A stretch of 64,000 nucleotides of DNA from a virus. Its lineage: Duplodnaviria; Caudoviricetes. The stretch covers positions 13,626-77,625 of the IMG/VR virus record IMGVR_UViG_3300020037_001957. One strand, given 5' to 3'. The position numbers were made by a program, and so were the translations under genes. Positions 9,900 to 18,835 of this stretch are shown in pieces (the stretch's first letter is position 1; every line of letters begins with the position of its first letter). The notes under the pieces are model-generated. The model worked only from the letters and a program-made list of their open reading frames with translations. It ran no database searches and was not told where the DNA came from.

Positions 9900-11051
9900 T
9901 TAGTTAGTATTCAACTTTTCAGCCGCTTCGACTTTCTCTCGGAGTTTCTCTAAATCCTTTATTAAGTGAACTCCCTTAATTCCTAGCTGTTTGCCTCTAG
10001 CTAATAGGGCAGAAAACTCAGGGTCTATCTTACCTAAAATTGCTTCAGATAATTCTTCCACCTTAGTTCCGCTTGTTGCTGCCAACTGCGCTTCTAGTTC
10101 TCTGATACGTTTTGCTTGTGCTAATTCCTTAGCGTTTTGCTCAGTTACAGTTCCCTTAGTTATAGAGTTACTTTCTAATGTTCCTTTATCCTTTTGACGA
10201 GATAATGAATCAATAGCCGCCAAAGTCTTCGGATGTTCTTTTAAGAATGATACACACTGCTCGTCATTGTGTCCTAAGCTAAGTCCGTTAAAACTTACCC
10301 CTTCACTCAGTGAGCTTGTCAGCACCCCTGTAAGCACTCCTTTACGAAGTGTTGCAAGTTCTGTTCTTGAATCACTCTTGTATATTTTTAAGAAGTCTTT
10401 AGGATTTTGCTCAGCATATCTAAACACTTGAGCGTGTAATCTTAATGCAGACATTGATTTAGGGTCAAGTCCACAAGAAAGCGCAATCTCTTCTAATTGC
10501 TTATTGTCATCAGCCAACGCTTCTGCAATATCTGTTGCGCTGCGTTTAACAACCTGTGACATCATGTACTCTCTATCTTCTCTCTCCTTATCAGTAGCTT
10601 TGTATCTAGCCTTCATGTTAGAATCGAAGTTGTGGTTTTGTTCAACACCGCCAACTACATCCGTGAAATAAGGGCTGTTCTTTACCATAATCCATTCTTG
10701 ACGTTGTGACTTAATTGACAAGTCATACGTGTCGTGGTTACTGAGAGTGATTTTTCTCCAAATCGGCTCTCCTGTTTTAGCGTCCCAACTAATCGGAATA
10801 CCGATAAAACATTCTCTCTTTACATCATTTAATAGTTTAAATCCTGCGTTGTTCTCGTGTCGGTTAGACACTTTAACAGGCTTTAGTTCCACGATGCCGT
10901 ATCTTGGGGCTAGTTCATCGTTTTCTAAATTCAATAATTTAAACTCGTTGCCGTTCTTTGGATTTCTCCAAAAAACAAACTCTACGTCCTCTTGGGTAGC
11001 CGCGCCACCCGAATTTTTGCTCGTAGAAGGAATGAAAACACTTTGGCTCAT
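9900..11051 (-). CDS. Conserved crAss-like protein following MCP
   Basis: 383 aa; immediately downstream of MCP, as in the crAss capsid module. Confidence 0.55.
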   Translation of the reverse strand: MSQSVFIPSTSKNSGGAATQEDVEFVFWRNPKNGNEFKLLNLENDELAPRYGIVELKPVKVSNRHENNAGFKLLNDVKRECFIGIPISWDAKTGEPIWRKITLSNHDTYDLSIKSQRQEWIMVKNSPYFTDVVGGVEQNHNFDSNMKARYKATDKEREDREYMMSQVVKRSATDIAEALADDNKQLEEIALSCGLDPKSMSALRLHAQVFRYAEQNPKDFLKIYKSDSRTELATLRKGVLTGVLTSSLSEGVSFNGLSLGHNDEQCVSFLKEHPKTLAAIDSLSRQKDKGTLESNSITKGTVTEQNAKELAQAKRIRELEAQLAATSGTKVEELSEAILGKIDPEFSALLARGKQLGIKGVHLIKDLEKLREKVEAAEKLNTN

Positions 11052-11075
11052 TTTTTCTTTGTTTTGTTTGTTTAT

Positions 11076-11110
11076 AAAAAAGAGAGGCAGGTTGTCCTTA
11101 CCTACCTCTC
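11076..11110 (-). terminator. Terminator-like hairpin after MCP
   Basis: GAGAGGTAGG...CCTGCCTCTC followed by T run on - strand. Confidence 0.6.
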
Positions 11111-11122
11111 AATTATTTTAGA

Positions 11123-12643
11123 TTAAGATACGCGTGGGTAGATAATACCGCATAATTGAGTATTATATACACATAACATATCTTGTTTTAAGATTGCATA
11201 CACATCAGCATCTTCTTGGGTGATTGCTGTTTGAGATGAACCAGTCATACCTGATAACATTGCTGTTACCTTGTTACGATTACGTCCGTTACCTTCTTTG
11301 TGTAAAATCTCCATGTTCTTACCATTTGCGCTTTCGCCAATAGGGAAGAAGTAGTAGGTAGAACCTAATACAGATTTACCGTTAGTTAAGGTTTGTGGAC
11401 GGTATAAAGAGTCATCACACATTGGATTCTCAACACAAATCAATGAGCTACCTGCTACATTAATTTTAGAGAAAGTGTAACCAACTTCGCGAGCTGCTCC
11501 ACCTGCAACTTTAGTTGCACCTGTTTGGTTATTAACATCCATGAAGGTAATGTTTTGCATTACTCCTAAAGCTACTGCCTCAGATTGGAAGTTAGAGAAA
11601 CCATCTGCTCCTGTTACCATTACCCATGTGTAACCTGAAATCATGTTACCTTTTTTCTTTAAGGTAGTCATCATATCAATGAAGTCATCAATAGTAGCTT
11701 GTCCTGTGATACCTGAAGCTGTGATAACGTTACCACCTGCAACTTGCTCTTCAAAACCGTCACCTTGAATGATTGGAAGTCCTGTGTCAGGGTCAGTCAT
11801 ACGAGATTGAGTTAATAAAGCACCGTTAGCATCCTTCATGGTAGAAACACCATGCCATTTAGCACGCTCGTTACGGATAGTTAATTTAGCTTCTTCTTGA
11901 GCTACTTCTTCAGGCATCCATCCTTTTACAGTTTTGTCTACACCGTCTTTAGTAGTCATGTAGTTCAACCAAAGAACACGCGCGCCTGCGTCACCTGAAA
12001 TGGTAGCGGTAGCACGTTGAGTGGTCATGTGATTGATAAACATATCAGGGAACTTAGATTCACCGTAACCGCGAAGTGATTTCTCACCAAATGCAGTCCA
12101 TGAAGCAAAACAAGTTTTAGTTCCACTTGATTGAGTGTGAGTAGCAAATACAAAAGTATCACCACTGTTAGCTTGGAAGTCATACTGATAACCACCTGCA
12201 ACAGAACGCGCAGAGGTAAGTACTGTGGCAACGAAGTTACCTGTACCACCGAAAGTTACTACGTGTCCTTTTTTCAAGTGAGTGTCTTGCATCTTTAAAG
12301 TGAAAGTTCCATCAGTTTGAGTAGAACCTACTTGAGATAGGATGGTAGCAGTTCTCTCGATGCGACTCATGATACGGAACTGATAAGCATCAGTGCCAAT
12401 ACCCATAGAAGTACCGCGAGTTGAAGCACCCGGACTATCTGTTTGTACTGAAGGGTCAATACCGTATGGAGTTACTACACCTGAAGTTAACATTGTAAAC
12501 AATGAACGACGGTTAGCAAATTCAATCCATTTACGGATTTCAGGAAATACTGCTTGATTAGTTATCAAGTCATTTTGTACTGTGCAATCGTTTGAATAAG
12601 TACCTGTTGATACCGTGATTACACCTGCGTTTGTTGCTGGCAT
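11123..12643 (-). CDS. Major capsid protein (crAss-like)
   Basis: 506 aa; strongly biased codons; position after scaffold-like gene; followed by a terminator-like hairpin. Confidence 0.8.
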   Translation of the reverse strand: MPATNAGVITVSTGTYSNDCTVQNDLITNQAVFPEIRKWIEFANRRSLFTMLTSGVVTPYGIDPSVQTDSPGASTRGTSMGIGTDAYQFRIMSRIERTATILSQVGSTQTDGTFTLKMQDTHLKKGHVVTFGGTGNFVATVLTSARSVAGGYQYDFQANSGDTFVFATHTQSSGTKTCFASWTAFGEKSLRGYGESKFPDMFINHMTTQRATATISGDAGARVLWLNYMTTKDGVDKTVKGWMPEEVAQEEAKLTIRNERAKWHGVSTMKDANGALLTQSRMTDPDTGLPIIQGDGFEEQVAGGNVITASGITGQATIDDFIDMMTTLKKKGNMISGYTWVMVTGADGFSNFQSEAVALGVMQNITFMDVNNQTGATKVAGGAAREVGYTFSKINVAGSSLICVENPMCDDSLYRPQTLTNGKSVLGSTYYFFPIGESANGKNMEILHKEGNGRNRNKVTAMLSGMTGSSQTAITQEDADVYAILKQDMLCVYNTQLCGIIYPRVS

Positions 12644-12668
12644 TTTATTTTAGTTTTTGAGATTAATA

Positions 12669-13865
12669 TTATTGTTTCCCAAAAGCTTCTCTAATGATGT
12701 CAAACTGGTTGGCTGTTTCGTTAATTGGTTCTGTGTTCACTACCTTTTGTCCACCCGCAGTTGTTGCAGGAGGAATGTTAGCAGCTTTTTTGATTTGCGA
12801 TTCCTTGCCTTGCGCGAAAGCTGAATCTTTAATAAGCTTGGAAAACTTACCTCCCAATTCACGGAAGAGTATTGTGTTAACTTTTGCTTCTGCGGCTGAT
12901 AATTCGTTGTCATAAAGCCCACCACGGAACTTTTGAGCAACAGCATCTTTGAACTCTTTAGGAATAGGAACTCCCATAAAGTCTGACTTATCATTCAGAG
13001 TCTTTAGGAATAGGGTAGTTTCTTGTTCCTTCTTTTGTTGCTCGATGCGTTGTCTATCAGCAGTATGTTTCTGTACAAGTTCATTCTTTGTATTAAGCAC
13101 CGCTTCTCTGCGCTCTAATGCATCTTTCTTGTCAGATAATATGTTCACTCTTTCCATCTTAGCTCTATGCGCTAGTTTACCGCTTTCTGCTAATTGGTCA
13201 AGTTCAGTTTCTATGTCTTCGGGAGTTAAGTCAGGTATAGTTTCCAATACCGCCCGCACTAATTCAGCGTCAGGTAGTTTAACCGCATTGTCTAAAATAG
13301 CAATGTGATTATCTATGTCCTTTGTAGGCTCTAGGATTAAATGTTGTGGTAATCCTAATTCCAACATTTCGAGGGCAGCCGCCACTTCAGGTTTGTACTC
13401 AGCAAACAAAGTTTCCTTTGTCATCTTAGCTACTTTGTCAAGTTCTGCTCTTGGTACAAAAGCTTCTTTAAAAGCATCAAATGATTCTTCTGCTAAGTCA
13501 GCACCTAAGTCTTTAGCTAAAGCTTGAAAAGTTCCTTCTTCATAAGTTTTAGGAACATCCGAAATTGCAAACAAAGAATCCGTAGCCTCATTCTTTTCAG
13601 CGCTAGGTTCTTTTTTAACTTCTTCCTTAGCTTCTTCAGCGGGTTTCTCATCTGTTTTGGGAGATTCAATTTTGATTTCAGAATCTTCACCTATTTTTTC
13701 ATCGGTTACTACATCTGTGTTTTTTACATCTTGTGGTTTCTCTACCACGGGAGTTTCAATCTTAACGTCCTGATTTTGAGATAGGTTGTTAAGAAGCCTC
13801 CAATCGGGAGCTGCTGCAACACTCGGTTGCCCCGTTACGGGAGCTGATTGATTTTCTTCTGGCAT
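12669..13865 (-). CDS. Scaffold-like acidic coiled-coil protein
   Basis: E/K-rich, helical, directly upstream of MCP. Confidence 0.55.
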   Translation of the reverse strand: MPEENQSAPVTGQPSVAAAPDWRLLNNLSQNQDVKIETPVVEKPQDVKNTDVVTDEKIGEDSEIKIESPKTDEKPAEEAKEEVKKEPSAEKNEATDSLFAISDVPKTYEEGTFQALAKDLGADLAEESFDAFKEAFVPRAELDKVAKMTKETLFAEYKPEVAAALEMLELGLPQHLILEPTKDIDNHIAILDNAVKLPDAELVRAVLETIPDLTPEDIETELDQLAESGKLAHRAKMERVNILSDKKDALERREAVLNTKNELVQKHTADRQRIEQQKKEQETTLFLKTLNDKSDFMGVPIPKEFKDAVAQKFRGGLYDNELSAAEAKVNTILFRELGGKFSKLIKDSAFAQGKESQIKKAANIPPATTAGGQKVVNTEPINETANQFDIIREAFGKQ

Positions 13866-13936
13866 TTTGTGTTAAATTTAAAAGGTTGCATAAATATCCA
13901 CTTTTTTTCACCAAAGAGTACAAAAAGATATTAACA

Positions 13937-13987
13937 TTACAGATTTGTGATGGTTTGAAAGTTTTTTATTTCCTTACAGATTTGTGA
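13937..13987. promoter_or_regulatory. Paired box, copy 1 (TTACA-N4-TGTGA x2, 37 bp apart)
   Basis: TTACAGATTTGTGA at 13937 and 13974. Confidence 0.75.
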
Positions 13988-14269
13988 CGGAAAACTAAAA
14001 TAAGAATCTCGCTAATTTAGATTTGGCTGATAAACTAAAATAAAAAAAACCAACCTGTTAAGATTGGTTTCGCTGTGCCTCCGCCATTAAGGTTAAACCA
14101 CGCTGTTTGAACGCTACAAATATAGTTGTCACAAATATACAAATAAATGTGACAATAAAAAAAGCCACTCACTCAAGAATGGCTTTTGGAATCGGTAAAT
14201 TGTCTAACCCTTTATTATCAATTTAAACCGAAGTGTTATATATCGTTATAGTTGTTTTGTCTATTTGGG

Positions 14270-16114
14270 TCATAAAAAGTTTACTAAAGGAATTATAGCT
14301 TGTTTTAAATCATAATTAGCGTGAGCGACATCTCTATTATTATCCGCAAAAAACACCATTAAATCAGAACCAACAACTATCGGCGTAGGTTCAATGAATT
14401 GGTCTAATGCCGTTGCGCTATACTTAATATCAATACAAGGGTAAAACGTTTCTCCATCAGTTGAAAAAGCAGTCTTTAATAAGTTTCTACCTATTGCGCT
14501 TGGATTATAAATTGCAACATATCTATTCGCTGCTATTTTATAAATAAATGTTTGTGAGTCCATTGCTAAAAGTCCTGCAATCTCATAAGAAGCTCCCCAT
14601 GTTGTTCCGTCATCCGTAGAATTAGAACCCCATACACAATTTGCGCCGGCTTTTGCCCTTGCGAATCTTACCAATGTTCCATCAGGCAGTTCATAGATTC
14701 CGGCCTCATCACACGAACCATCGGCAGGCGTGATTGTAGTTGCTGACATAGTCCAACTTGTGCCCTCGTTATCTGAATACATTACGTGACCATCGTATAA
14801 ATTTACACCTGTTTGAATATAAACAGGTAATAATAATCTGCCTGTAACTGTTTTATAAATAACCCCTGCCGCAAGTGCCACAACTTCATTTAAAACCTCT
14901 CTAACCGTTGAAGCACTGCCCCAAGTAGCACCGTTGTCTGTGCTTACTTGTTGACTTATTTTACTGCCACCTACTACCGTCTGATAATAAACACAAATAA
15001 TATCTCCATTGTCTTTTTGATATAAAGAAGGAATTATAAAACACCCCCCCGAACTATTTAAGTATGTTAAATAAGTCCATGTTGTACCGTTTGAACTTGT
15101 ATAAAAAACAATGTCTGCCGGTGCTGAGTCGTTTGGATTTGTTGAGTACCTAGAAAAAGCCATTAAATAAGTACCATCGTCTAATAAGATTGGGCTTGCT
15201 GCATCGTATCTAGTGTTATCAACTGTATAATTAATTATGTCGTTTATATCAACTGAATAAGAAGTAGGCTCAACAAAAGGATATTTTATAATTAAAACAC
15301 CGCTTCCACCATCGCCTCCACTTACATTTGTGCCCGAACCTCCACCGCCTCCACCTGTATTAGGTGTTCCGTCTACTCCTGGTAAGGCCGCCGTTCCATT
15401 TCCGCCGCCACCTGCTCCACCTGTTCCAGGCGTACCCGTTCCATCCGTTGCACCGCCTCCACCGCCTCCGGCTCTAGTAACTCCGTCAATAGGCGATGCC
15501 GTTCCGCTTCCACCGTTACCATGTAGCAAGGAAGGCGCACCATTCCCACCAACTTGTGAGGAACCGCCCCCGCCGCCTGTTTCTTGTCCTGTACTTGTGC
15601 CGCCATCGTAACCTTGTCCACTTGTAGCAATGCCGCCTATTCCGTTTCTAGAACCGCCGCCGCCCGAACCACCACTTCCACCATTTACAACTCCATAACC
15701 TCCGCTTCTACCTCTACCGCCTCCAATTGCTGTATATCCTAAAAATGTTGAGTTAGAACCATTTGTTGCATTATCATCACCAAAGGCCCCCGTACCCCCT
15801 GCGCCTATAACACATGGTTTTAAGCCTGTTGTTAAAGCTATTCCGCTTTGATAAATTCTACCACCTGCGCCACCTCCTGAACCACCATTTGTGCATCCGC
15901 CGCCGCCGCCGCCTGCGATTAATTCAAATTCTATTTCGTTGTTTGCATTATCAGGAACAGACAAAACATTAAGTGTTTCGTTTGCGTTAATTTCATGATA
16001 CTTATAACCGCCTGAAACAGACTCAAAACCTCCGTATGCTATAATATAATCAGGAACACCCCCCGAACCTGAGCCGTAACCTCTAAAAGCTATACCTCTT
16101 CCGCTACCTATCAT
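14270..16114 (-). CDS. Fibre/spike protein: N-terminal Gly-rich domain plus BNR/Asp-box sialidase-like beta-propeller
   Basis: GGGGG repeats; Asp boxes SSNGTTW, STDNGATW, SDNEGTSW, STDDGTTW, STDGETF. Confidence 0.75.
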   Translation of the reverse strand: MIGSGRGIAFRGYGSGSGGVPDYIIAYGGFESVSGGYKYHEINANETLNVLSVPDNANNEIEFELIAGGGGGGCTNGGSGGGAGGRIYQSGIALTTGLKPCVIGAGGTGAFGDDNATNGSNSTFLGYTAIGGGRGRSGGYGVVNGGSGGSGGGGSRNGIGGIATSGQGYDGGTSTGQETGGGGGSSQVGGNGAPSLLHGNGGSGTASPIDGVTRAGGGGGGATDGTGTPGTGGAGGGGNGTAALPGVDGTPNTGGGGGGSGTNVSGGDGGSGVLIIKYPFVEPTSYSVDINDIINYTVDNTRYDAASPILLDDGTYLMAFSRYSTNPNDSAPADIVFYTSSNGTTWTYLTYLNSSGGCFIIPSLYQKDNGDIICVYYQTVVGGSKISQQVSTDNGATWGSASTVREVLNEVVALAAGVIYKTVTGRLLLPVYIQTGVNLYDGHVMYSDNEGTSWTMSATTITPADGSCDEAGIYELPDGTLVRFARAKAGANCVWGSNSTDDGTTWGASYEIAGLLAMDSQTFIYKIAANRYVAIYNPSAIGRNLLKTAFSTDGETFYPCIDIKYSATALDQFIEPTPIVVGSDLMVFFADNNRDVAHANYDLKQAIIPLVNFL

Positions 16115-16518
16115 GTGAAGTCAGTTTGAACATTCCAATACAAAACACTTCCATTGTAATACCATGTTAGTATATCTATTTTACCAACCGCTGTACTCAA
16201 CGTTACTACCCCTGCTCCACCTCCTGACACCTTATTGGTGTATGCTGTCGGCAATGTCAGTGTATAGCTTCCGCTGCCACCCTGAATCACCTCTATCGTG
16301 CCATAAGAGCCTGAGTCTATTCCAATTATAGACAACGTTGCGCTTTCTGTTAGCGTCACCTTGGCGTTGTAATTATTCGTAGCATTCCACGTAACAGTAC
16401 TGCCACTTGTTAATGTTACGGGTTGCTGAAATGCAATCGTCCCGTTAGCCCATTCCTGAATAGCCTTAAACTTATTCACCACGAATGGTACTTTTGATAA
16501 ATCTAGTAATTTAAACAT
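16111..16518 (-). CDS. Small fibre-associated structural protein
   Basis: Beta-rich 'IQGGSGSYTLTLP...DILTWY' pattern. Confidence 0.55.
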   Translation of the reverse strand: MFKLLDLSKVPFVVNKFKAIQEWANGTIAFQQPVTLTSGSTVTWNATNNYNAKVTLTESATLSIIGIDSGSYGTIEVIQGGSGSYTLTLPTAYTNKVSGGGAGVVTLSTAVGKIDILTWYYNGSVLYWNVQTDFT

Positions 16519-16530
16519 CTCTTTTATTTT

Positions 16531-18765
16531 TTATACGTTGCTATTATCAATGCTTGATTTAATTATTTCTTGCTGACCCTTTACATATTGTTGAGTTAAA
16601 TTAGCTTTAGCCTTATTGTCATCAACCGCCATCTGCATTTCAGCACTTAAAACAATGTTATCTTTCTCATTTTTTTGCAAATCTTCACGATTCTCTGCTG
16701 CAATCTGTAATTGAGTTTGCATTTGTGCTTCTTGTATTTGAGCTTGTGCTTGTTGTTGTTGCGCTTGTTGCTCTTGTGCAATAGCATTCATTCTCTCCAT
16801 AGCCTCTCTCAAAAATGCTTTCTTCTTAGCCAATGTCTCAGCCAACAACACATTCATTACATCCATAGTGTCAATAGTCTTAGCATTGATAGCAAGCTGC
16901 ATCACTTGTTCTATCTTCTGACTTATCTCCATGTAAGCACTTCCATCCTCCACAAACACCCCGTAATCTCTGTAACCTATCTCCTTTGTTATTTGTAAGA
17001 AGTTAAATTTCTCAGAACCTAATATCTGCTCTCCCTTATCTAATTTATAAAACGCCCAACTAATAGCTGAAGCATTTATAATCTGCATTAATACTCTTTT
17101 TGTAAATCCTGAGTAACCATAGAACAGCGCCTCAGTAATAGTTCTTGAATTTGATATATCTGCTTGTTGAGCAGTAGCCGTTGAACTAGCCGCCGTTTGC
17201 CCCATCCGATTTTCGTTAATACCCGTAATAAGATTCATCTCATTGCGAATATCATTTCTCAGAGTTACTAAATAAGCGAAGTTATCACTAAGCCCTAAGT
17301 CAATAGTTTTGATAATATCATTTGGGTTGTAACGGCTGCCGTTCTGCCCCGCTTGCGCTGAGTCAATATCCAACACCCCGTCATTTGTTATCTTATGAAT
17401 AACACCATCTAATGTCTCTAAGATACCAAGTCCTGCTCTATCAATAGTAATCACTTTACCTTTTGCTCTTACTACATCTTTCAATATTTGATACATTACA
17501 ATATCGTAAATGTTCTCAAAGTTCTCAAGAACTTGTTGTAGAGATACTGTTACTCCATCAGTTCTTCCGTGTACATATCCTACATAAGTAGAAGATAATA
17601 CATGAGAAGGTTTGTCGGTTGAATGTTTCTGAAAATACGTTGGGCGCATATTAATATCAATGATACCGCCAATTCTCGTAGCCTCATATTCTTCTTCTCT
17701 CCATGTGGTTTCAATAGTGTATTCACCCTTATCTACCATCTTATCATGGTAGTCTTTATTCTTCTCGTATTTTAAAGTATCGAGTTCTAATCTACGGGTT
17801 GGCTTATCGGGTTCAAGTAATAACTGAGTAGCTGTTGATTCTACTATTTTGTAATAAGTAGGAGTAACTGACTTCCATACAATGTGTAATACTGCAACTT
17901 CCAGCTGCCCGTTGAAATCACGCATAAAGCCTCTACCTTGCCCCGTTGCTCCCCACCATGCTGAAGGATTCTTTCTTGCTGTTTCTAATTGCTCTCTTTG
18001 TTCAGCAGTTAGTTTATACTTCATTAAAACCGTATGAACAGGAAGCCATTTACGACATCCCATAATAGGGCTTTTCTCCATATAATCATCACCGTCAATA
18101 GCCTCAAAAATAGCATCGCGCGGGTCAATATTCCAATATTCAATATCTCCCGTTTCTGTTCTTTCTATCTGTCCGTAAACGTAATTTGTAATCTCACAGT
18201 TCTTAAATCCATCCGCCAATTTCTTCTTTAAATCAAGTTCTTTAATTTGATTGTCAAGAATAGTTTGCATCATATCTTCAGCCTTGTCTTTAAATGACAT
18301 TCGCTTCCATACAGGGTCATCTTCACTCTCAGGGATAGGTACACCTTCCATTAAGTCAACGCCTGTATATTTTTTGATTGTGCCTATCTCATCCTTAGCA
18401 AGCATAGCGCCCATCATTCTGTCATGCTGCCTCATCTTATCAGACATGGCTTCTGAATTAATTGTAGTAACTGTTGCTTGTAATGGGCGTTTTAGAAATT
18501 CTCCTTGAAGTAAATCAATCTTTGTTCTACCTAATCTGTATGCGATGTACGTGGCTTTATCAGCTTCTCCGTATCTGTTGGTTAACCAATCTAAAGAACC
18601 TTTTGTTTTGATTCCATTATATCCCATGAATAGTCGGGACATCCTTGAACGGGTGTTACTCCCGTAGATTAAGACTGACTCTGCATAGTCCAAATGTGAT
18701 TTTTTCCACGGTTCATCTTTATCTTTTTGTGGGATGTCTTGGCGCGGCCATATGAAACTACTCAT
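16531..18765 (-). CDS. Portal protein (crAss-like)
   Basis: 744 aa; 'IPQKDKDEPW' N-terminus, 'TGINENRMGQ', Q-rich C-terminal coil; follows TerL. Confidence 0.85.
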   Translation of the reverse strand: MSSFIWPRQDIPQKDKDEPWKKSHLDYAESVLIYGSNTRSRMSRLFMGYNGIKTKGSLDWLTNRYGEADKATYIAYRLGRTKIDLLQGEFLKRPLQATVTTINSEAMSDKMRQHDRMMGAMLAKDEIGTIKKYTGVDLMEGVPIPESEDDPVWKRMSFKDKAEDMMQTILDNQIKELDLKKKLADGFKNCEITNYVYGQIERTETGDIEYWNIDPRDAIFEAIDGDDYMEKSPIMGCRKWLPVHTVLMKYKLTAEQREQLETARKNPSAWWGATGQGRGFMRDFNGQLEVAVLHIVWKSVTPTYYKIVESTATQLLLEPDKPTRRLELDTLKYEKNKDYHDKMVDKGEYTIETTWREEEYEATRIGGIIDINMRPTYFQKHSTDKPSHVLSSTYVGYVHGRTDGVTVSLQQVLENFENIYDIVMYQILKDVVRAKGKVITIDRAGLGILETLDGVIHKITNDGVLDIDSAQAGQNGSRYNPNDIIKTIDLGLSDNFAYLVTLRNDIRNEMNLITGINENRMGQTAASSTATAQQADISNSRTITEALFYGYSGFTKRVLMQIINASAISWAFYKLDKGEQILGSEKFNFLQITKEIGYRDYGVFVEDGSAYMEISQKIEQVMQLAINAKTIDTMDVMNVLLAETLAKKKAFLREAMERMNAIAQEQQAQQQQAQAQIQEAQMQTQLQIAAENREDLQKNEKDNIVLSAEMQMAVDDNKAKANLTQQYVKGQQEIIKSSIDNSNV

Positions 18766-18835
18766 TGATTCGATTTATTAGGTTGTTCAAATATATATAT
18801 TTCTTTTAACTTATTTTGAACAAGTTTTCAAAGTG

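Noticed and set aside
13885-13890. GCAACC upstream of the scaffold gene (and GCAACC at 9012) as further ECF promoters
   Set aside because: No (C/A)GT box at the 16-bp spacing; at 13885 the -10 position would coincide with the start codon.
15330-15920. GC-rich CCGCC/CCACC repeats as a DNA repeat element
   Set aside because: Explained by Gly-rich protein coding; excluded from the AGCCGCC count.
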